Position numbers and translations under genes: made by a program
Shown: in pieces, positions 59,232 to 64,000 of the stretch
Layout of the letters: the number at the start of each line of letters is the position of its first letter
How positions within the stretch are numbered: the stretch's first letter is position 1
Notes under the pieces: generated by a model
The model's database searches: none
Told to the model about the DNA's origin: nothing
What the model saw: the letters and a program-made list of their open reading frames with translations, nothing else
DNA from: Cyanobacteria bacterium P01_F01_bin.150
GTDB taxonomy: Bacteria; Cyanobacteriota; Cyanobacteriia; CAKZMO01
Direction: 5' to 3'
NCBI GenBank assembly: GCA_039189765.1
Contig: JBCCYL010000003.1
Span: forward strand, 32,001 to 96,000
DNA: 64,000 nucleotides

Positions 59232-59448
59232 TGCAAAATGAATTGTCGTATGTGAGCATCACCTACATCCCCTTTATTTTGGACAAATTTTGTACGCGCC
59301 TGAGCGTGATGCTGGCAGATAACATATACGCTTATTTTCAGAAAATTTAACGGCCTCACAACTGCACGATGACGACTAGGCTGTAAATTTATTGTGCTGT
59401 TTATTTATATTTAGCTAGCTTCGCGCAATTGATTTTGAGCGATCTTCA

Positions 59449-62160
59449 ATGCTTTCGCCAATGACTTTCTCTCCCGTTCCTGATTCTAAGTTCCAGAACA
59501 TACGCTATTTACAGCGGGCTATCCTTGGGTATTCGGCTCTAACCTTACTGTTGCTGAGTTCATCAGTGGCGGTCGTTAGTCTGCTTCCGCTGTATCGAGG
59601 CATGCGGGAAGAGCGGCAAGAGCATCTTCTTGATGCTCTCCATTCTCGGAGCCTTACTGTAGTAGAATGGAAAGATCGTACCCGGCAGATTGCTCTACAG
59701 ATTGCTAGTCGTACCACAGCAAGACAACAGCTTGAATCCTACAATCGCGGTGACGTTGAACTGGTTGCCCTTCGTCAAAAGAGTCAGGAACTACTCCTAG
59801 ATGCCTTACAGAAAAGCCATGATGTGGTGGGTATTACGCGCTTGGACATAATGCAGCAGCCGATTATTGATATTGGGATGAAAATCCCCACTGAAGCTTG
59901 GCCAATACCTCCCCATCAGTCCCAACCGGCTGAGGTAAAAACCATGGTTGAGCATATTGATGATCGTACCTATATCGTTGTCGGTGCACCCATTGTTAAT
60001 GCTCGTGGAGAACGGGTTGGGACAGATATTGTTCTGTTTGATGCTGATAAGCTTCAGCAAATCCTTGCTGATTTTGAGGGTTGGGGAGCAACTGGAAATC
60101 TCCTCCTTGGAACCGTTTGGCAAGATAGACCTCAACTCCTATTGCCTAATGAAAAGGATAAGCAAATTGATCGGCAAGTGAAAACCGCCATGACCTTGGC
60201 TTGGCGCGGAGACATGGGGCTATTGTCGAATCGGCGACAAACGACTACCGTTGCCTATACTCCTGTTACCGAGAGCTTATGGGTACTTGTTGCTGTCGTT
60301 GACTCTAAAAAACTCTACGCGCCAGTATGGCGTCAATTGTGGAACATTGTTGGGACGACAGGCATTCTTATTCTTTTAAGTATTGGTGGAATGTTGTTGT
60401 TGTTGCAGCCTTTGACCGGACGGATTATTCTGCGGGCTGAAGAACTTGCCGAAATTGTCCGCAGTCAGACTGCAGCTTTGCGAGAGGCCCGTGATGATCT
60501 CGAACGGCGAGTTGATGAACGGACAGCTCAACTCTCTCAAGAAGTTAGCGATCGCAAACATGCCGAAGCAGAATTACAGGCGGTATCTGAGCGGCTAACC
60601 CTGGCGCTACGATCGGGTGATTTAGGCTACTGGCAATGGTTACTTGCAACCAACGAAGTATATTGGGACGATCGCCTTTATGAGCTTCATGGCATTCCTA
60701 AAGGGATTATGGACTACGACATCTTCTGTTCTACCGTGCATCCCGATGACGTTGTGTCACTCCAAGAGCTGATGCGACGAGCCATTGCGGAAGAATCCTA
60801 TGAAAATGAAATTGGTCATTCGATTCCCTATGAGGTTATTTACCGAACGGCGGGTCATGGAGGAGAGACGAATTATCTTAAAGCTTATGGCTCCGTTTTA
60901 CGAGATCAGGCCGGTAAGGTTACAGGATTGTTGGGCGTAACCTTTAATATCACTCGCTTTAAGCTGGCGGAAAAGCAGCTAGCACTCTCAAACCAAGAGC
61001 TAAAGCGGGCTAGTCAAATGAAAGATGAATTTTTGGCAACCATGAGTCATGAACTGCGCACTCCTCTCAATGCGGTTTTAGGAATGGCAGAGATTTTGCA
61101 GAAGGAAATTTATGGGGCCGTTAATCCTAGACAACGGGATGCACTCAACATTATTGAGCAGAGTAGTCAGCACCTGCTGAATTTGATCAATGGTATTTTA
61201 GACCTCTCAAAAATTGCGGCTGGCCAAATGCAGCTATATTCAACCCCTACAGATGTAGCTGAGCTTTGTCACAATAGTTTGTCCCTCATTCGACAGCAGG
61301 CCCAGTTGAAACAGCTTCAACTGCATCTAAAGTGTCCAGATAGCATTCCATGCCTCATGTTGGATCAACAGCGGATTTATCAAGTCTTGATCAACCTGTT
61401 GAATAATGCGGTCAAATTTACGCCAGAAGAGGGCCAGATTACTCTTTTGATTGACCCACAGCCTGTACCCGATCCCGCAGGCTTTTTCCCCTGCGGTTTT
61501 CTTCGATTGACGGTCAGCGACACTGGAATTGGTATCCCACCCGAAGACATCGATAAACTCTTCCAACCTTTTTTTCAAGTTGATAGTACCCTTAATCGTC
61601 ATTATGAAGGAACAGGACTCGGATTAGCCTTAGTCAAACGTTTTGTGGAACTTCATAGGGGGCGAGTCAGCGTAAAAAGCAAAGTTAGTGTTGGTAGTTC
61701 TTTTACGGTGGAACTTCCTTGGACCGTAGCAGTACACTCTCCGGCTTATTCATCGATACCTCAAGCTAATGTCGCTGCGATCCAAGCAAATGATGTTCCG
61801 GACATCCTGCTTGCTGAAGACGACACAGCTAATATTCGGACGCTCTCTAGTTATTTAGAGGCAACAGGATACTGTCTTGCGGTAGTAAGAAATGGGCAGG
61901 AAGCCGTTGAGCTGATCCAAAAATGGCAACCAAAGCTAGTGCTGATGGACGTTCAAATGCCGGTGATGGATGGGCTTGAAGCAACACAGTATATTCGACA
62001 AACTCTTGACTTGGTTGATATCCCGATTATTGCGCTAACCGCACTAGCTTTGGAGGGGGATCAAGAACGTTGCCTGGAGGCTGGTGCCAATGATTACCTA
62101 AGTAAGCCAATACGCTTAGAGTATCTGGACGACCTCCTGAAACGATATTTATTAAAGTAA
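59449..62160 (+). CDS. Hybrid sensor histidine kinase (2 TM, extracytoplasmic sensor, PAS, HisKA, HATPase, REC)
   Basis: MSHELRTPLN, NAVKFT, DTGIGI, GTGLGL, LMDVQMPVMDG, SKP. Confidence 0.95.
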   Translation: MLSPMTFSPVPDSKFQNIRYLQRAILGYSALTLLLLSSSVAVVSLLPLYRGMREERQEHLLDALHSRSLTVVEWKDRTRQIALQIASRTTARQQLESYNRGDVELVALRQKSQELLLDALQKSHDVVGITRLDIMQQPIIDIGMKIPTEAWPIPPHQSQPAEVKTMVEHIDDRTYIVVGAPIVNARGERVGTDIVLFDADKLQQILADFEGWGATGNLLLGTVWQDRPQLLLPNEKDKQIDRQVKTAMTLAWRGDMGLLSNRRQTTTVAYTPVTESLWVLVAVVDSKKLYAPVWRQLWNIVGTTGILILLSIGGMLLLLQPLTGRIILRAEELAEIVRSQTAALREARDDLERRVDERTAQLSQEVSDRKHAEAELQAVSERLTLALRSGDLGYWQWLLATNEVYWDDRLYELHGIPKGIMDYDIFCSTVHPDDVVSLQELMRRAIAEESYENEIGHSIPYEVIYRTAGHGGETNYLKAYGSVLRDQAGKVTGLLGVTFNITRFKLAEKQLALSNQELKRASQMKDEFLATMSHELRTPLNAVLGMAEILQKEIYGAVNPRQRDALNIIEQSSQHLLNLINGILDLSKIAAGQMQLYSTPTDVAELCHNSLSLIRQQAQLKQLQLHLKCPDSIPCLMLDQQRIYQVLINLLNNAVKFTPEEGQITLLIDPQPVPDPAGFFPCGFLRLTVSDTGIGIPPEDIDKLFQPFFQVDSTLNRHYEGTGLGLALVKRFVELHRGRVSVKSKVSVGSSFTVELPWTVAVHSPAYSSIPQANVAAIQANDVPDILLAEDDTANIRTLSSYLEATGYCLAVVRNGQEAVELIQKWQPKLVLMDVQMPVMDGLEATQYIRQTLDLVDIPIIALTALALEGDQERCLEAGANDYLSKPIRLEYLDDLLKRYLLK

Positions 62161-62384
62161 AGAATCTATCTCTGACCCAACTGATCCCATTCTCTATGGA
62201 AGTGAGCCTGAAATTAGTCCGGAATGCATCCCTAATTGAAATAAGTCTTCAAATACATCTAGAATCGCCGTTAAGGCTTTTGTGTTAAAATTTATAGGCA
62301 ATTTGGTCTTGGGCCTCTCTTCGGACTTCAGACCTGCGACTTCCCCTAGTTGTAACACCTAGAAACGTAGGAGCAACAGCATTT

Positions 62385-64000
62385 ATGGCAACGGAATACG
62401 GTGCTGATCAGATTCAAGTCCTGGAAGGGCTAGAACCCGTTCGTAAGCGTCCAGGCATGTATATTGGCAGCACGGGACCCCGTGGGCTTCATCACTTAGT
62501 CTACGAGGTGGTGGATAATTCGGTGGACGAAGCGTTAGCAGGCCACTGTAAAACCATTCGAGTCGATCTGAATGCCGATGGCAGTGTTCGTGTTATAGAT
62601 GATGGGCGAGGCATTCCCACGGACATCCATCCTACCACTGGAAAGTCAGCCCTAGAGACTGTAATGACGGTTCTCCATGCGGGCGGTAAATTTGGAGGAG
62701 GAGGATACAAAGTCTCTGGTGGTCTGCATGGCGTTGGTATTTCCGTTGTGAACGCTCTATCTGAAATGGTAGAAGTAACGGTATGGCGTAAGGGCAAAAC
62801 CCATATTCAAAAGTATGCCCAGGGTATTCCCCAGGGAGATTTAGCCATTACTGACTCCGACGATACGTCTCGGACTGGAACATCAGTATGTTTTAAGCCT
62901 GATATCGAAATTTTCAAAACCACAGGCATTAAATTTGAATACATCACCCTGGCCAGTAGACTGCGCGAGTTAGCCTATTTGAATGCAGGGGTAGAAATTA
63001 TTTTCACCGATTACCGCTTGGAGCTAATCAAAGCGGAGGAGCCTCATTCAGAGACCTATCACTACGCTGGCGGTATTAAGGAATATGTAAGTTACATTAA
63101 TAATGAGAAGCAAGTCCTGCATGAGGACATCATCTATGTCCAAAGTGAAAAGAAAGGGGTGCAGGTCGAGGTGGCAATGCAGTGGTGTATTGATGCCTAC
63201 TCCGATAATCTGCTGGGGTTTGCTAACAATATTCGCACGGTAGATGGGGGAACCCATTTAGAGGGACTCAAAACGGTTTTGACCCGCACCATGAACAGCA
63301 TTGCCCGCAAGCGTAAAAAGCTTAAGGACAATGATTCTAACCTGGCGGGGGAGAACATTCGAGAAGGGCTAACTGCGGTGATTTCGGTAAAAGTACCGGA
63401 CCCTGAATTTGAGGGACAGACCAAGACAAAATTGGGCAACACCGAAGTGCGGGGAATTGTAGACTCAATTGTGGGTGAAACCCTGACGGAATATTTGGAT
63501 TTTCACCCCAGCGTTGGCGATACGATTTTAGAGAAAGCGATCGAGGCGTTTAACGCTGCTGAGGCGGCTCGACGAGCGCGGGAGCTGGTACGACGCAAGT
63601 CGGTGCTGGAGTCATCGACGCTGCCGGGGAAGCTAGCGGATTGCAGTAGTCGAGACCCGTCTGAGTCTGAAATCTATATTGTTGAGGGAGACTCAGCCGG
63701 AGGCTGTTTTCATGGTGATACTAAAGTTGCTTTGGCCGATGGGCGTAACCTCAGCTTTAGAGATATTGTGACTGAACAGCAGGAAGGGAAAGAGCATTTC
63801 TGTTATACAATCCGACAGGATGGCAAGATCGGCATAGAGCGCATTCTCCATCCCCGTATTACTAAAGCAAATGCTGAGGTAATTAAGGTCACCCTTGATA
63901 ACGGAGAAGACATTATTTGTACTTCTGACCATCGGTTTATGTTGCGAGATGGCTCCTATCGCCAGGCCGCAGAGCTTACCCCCAATGATTCGTTAATGCC
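62385..64000 (+). CDS. gyrB: DNA gyrase subunit B, intein-containing (3' end outside window)
   Basis: Manual translation [67 protein letters not shown]. Confidence 0.97.
   Translation, partial: MATEYGADQIQVLEGLEPVRKRPGMYIGSTGPRGLHHLVYEVVDNSVDEALAGHCKTIRVDLNADGSVRVIDDGRGIPTDIHPTTGKSALETVMTVLHAGGKFGGGGYKVSGGLHGVGISVVNALSEMVEVTVWRKGKTHIQKYAQGIPQGDLAITDSDDTSRTGTSVCFKPDIEIFKTTGIKFEYITLASRLRELAYLNAGVEIIFTDYRLELIKAEEPHSETYHYAGGIKEYVSYINNEKQVLHEDIIYVQSEKKGVQVEVAMQWCIDAYSDNLLGFANNIRTVDGGTHLEGLKTVLTRTMNSIARKRKKLKDNDSNLAGENIREGLTAVISVKVPDPEFEGQTKTKLGNTEVRGIVDSIVGETLTEYLDFHPSVGDTILEKAIEAFNAAEAARRARELVRRKSVLESSTLPGKLADCSSRDPSESEIYIVEGDSAGGCFHGDTKVALADGRNLSFRDIVTEQQEGKEHFCYTIRQDGKIGIERILHPRITKANAEVIKVTLDNGEDIICTSDHRFMLRDGSYRQAAELTPNDSLM
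63705..64000 (+). mobile_element. Intein N-terminal splicing domain in GyrB
   Basis: After EGDSAGG the frame reads [13 protein letters not shown] (block A) ... IICTSDHRF (block B TxxH) instead of SAKQ. Confidence 0.93.

Noticed and set aside
62501..63932. Short minus-strand ORFs at the window end
   Set aside because: Antisense to gyrB
1..64000. HIP1 abundance as a novel repeat
   Set aside because: A well-known cyanobacterial feature; used only for taxonomy and breakpoint analysis

Overview
Cyanobacterial chromosomal window, judged from the very frequent HIP1 octamer GCGATCGC, Uma2 genes and cyanobacterial-type RTX/TpsA proteins. Housekeeping anchors are alaS, mazG, an aspartoacylase, peptide ABC genes and gyrB. 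gyrB is missing from the ORF track, runs off the window and carries an intein. The accessory content has four parts. (1) A complete type I Wadjet (jetABCD) anti-plasmid system is broken into three blocks by Uma2, SWIM and Fic genes; the jetA-jetB insert is bracketed by inverted ~205-bp REP-containing repeats. (2) Two copies of a coupled 'P-loop ATPase + degenerate-domain/TPR partner' module are present, one with an nSTAND1 NTPase, plus a stand-alone copy of the partner's N-terminal domain. (3) A small gene of unknown function sits behind a ~200-nt leader that can form two mutually exclusive RBS-controlling helices. (4) A ~15-kb island encodes secreted RTX, protease and haemagglutinin proteins. 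Many deletion scars are visible, including one where two gene halves join exactly at a HIP1 site. No rRNA, tRNA or CRISPR array was seen. All calls come from motif recognition by eye; no database search was run.
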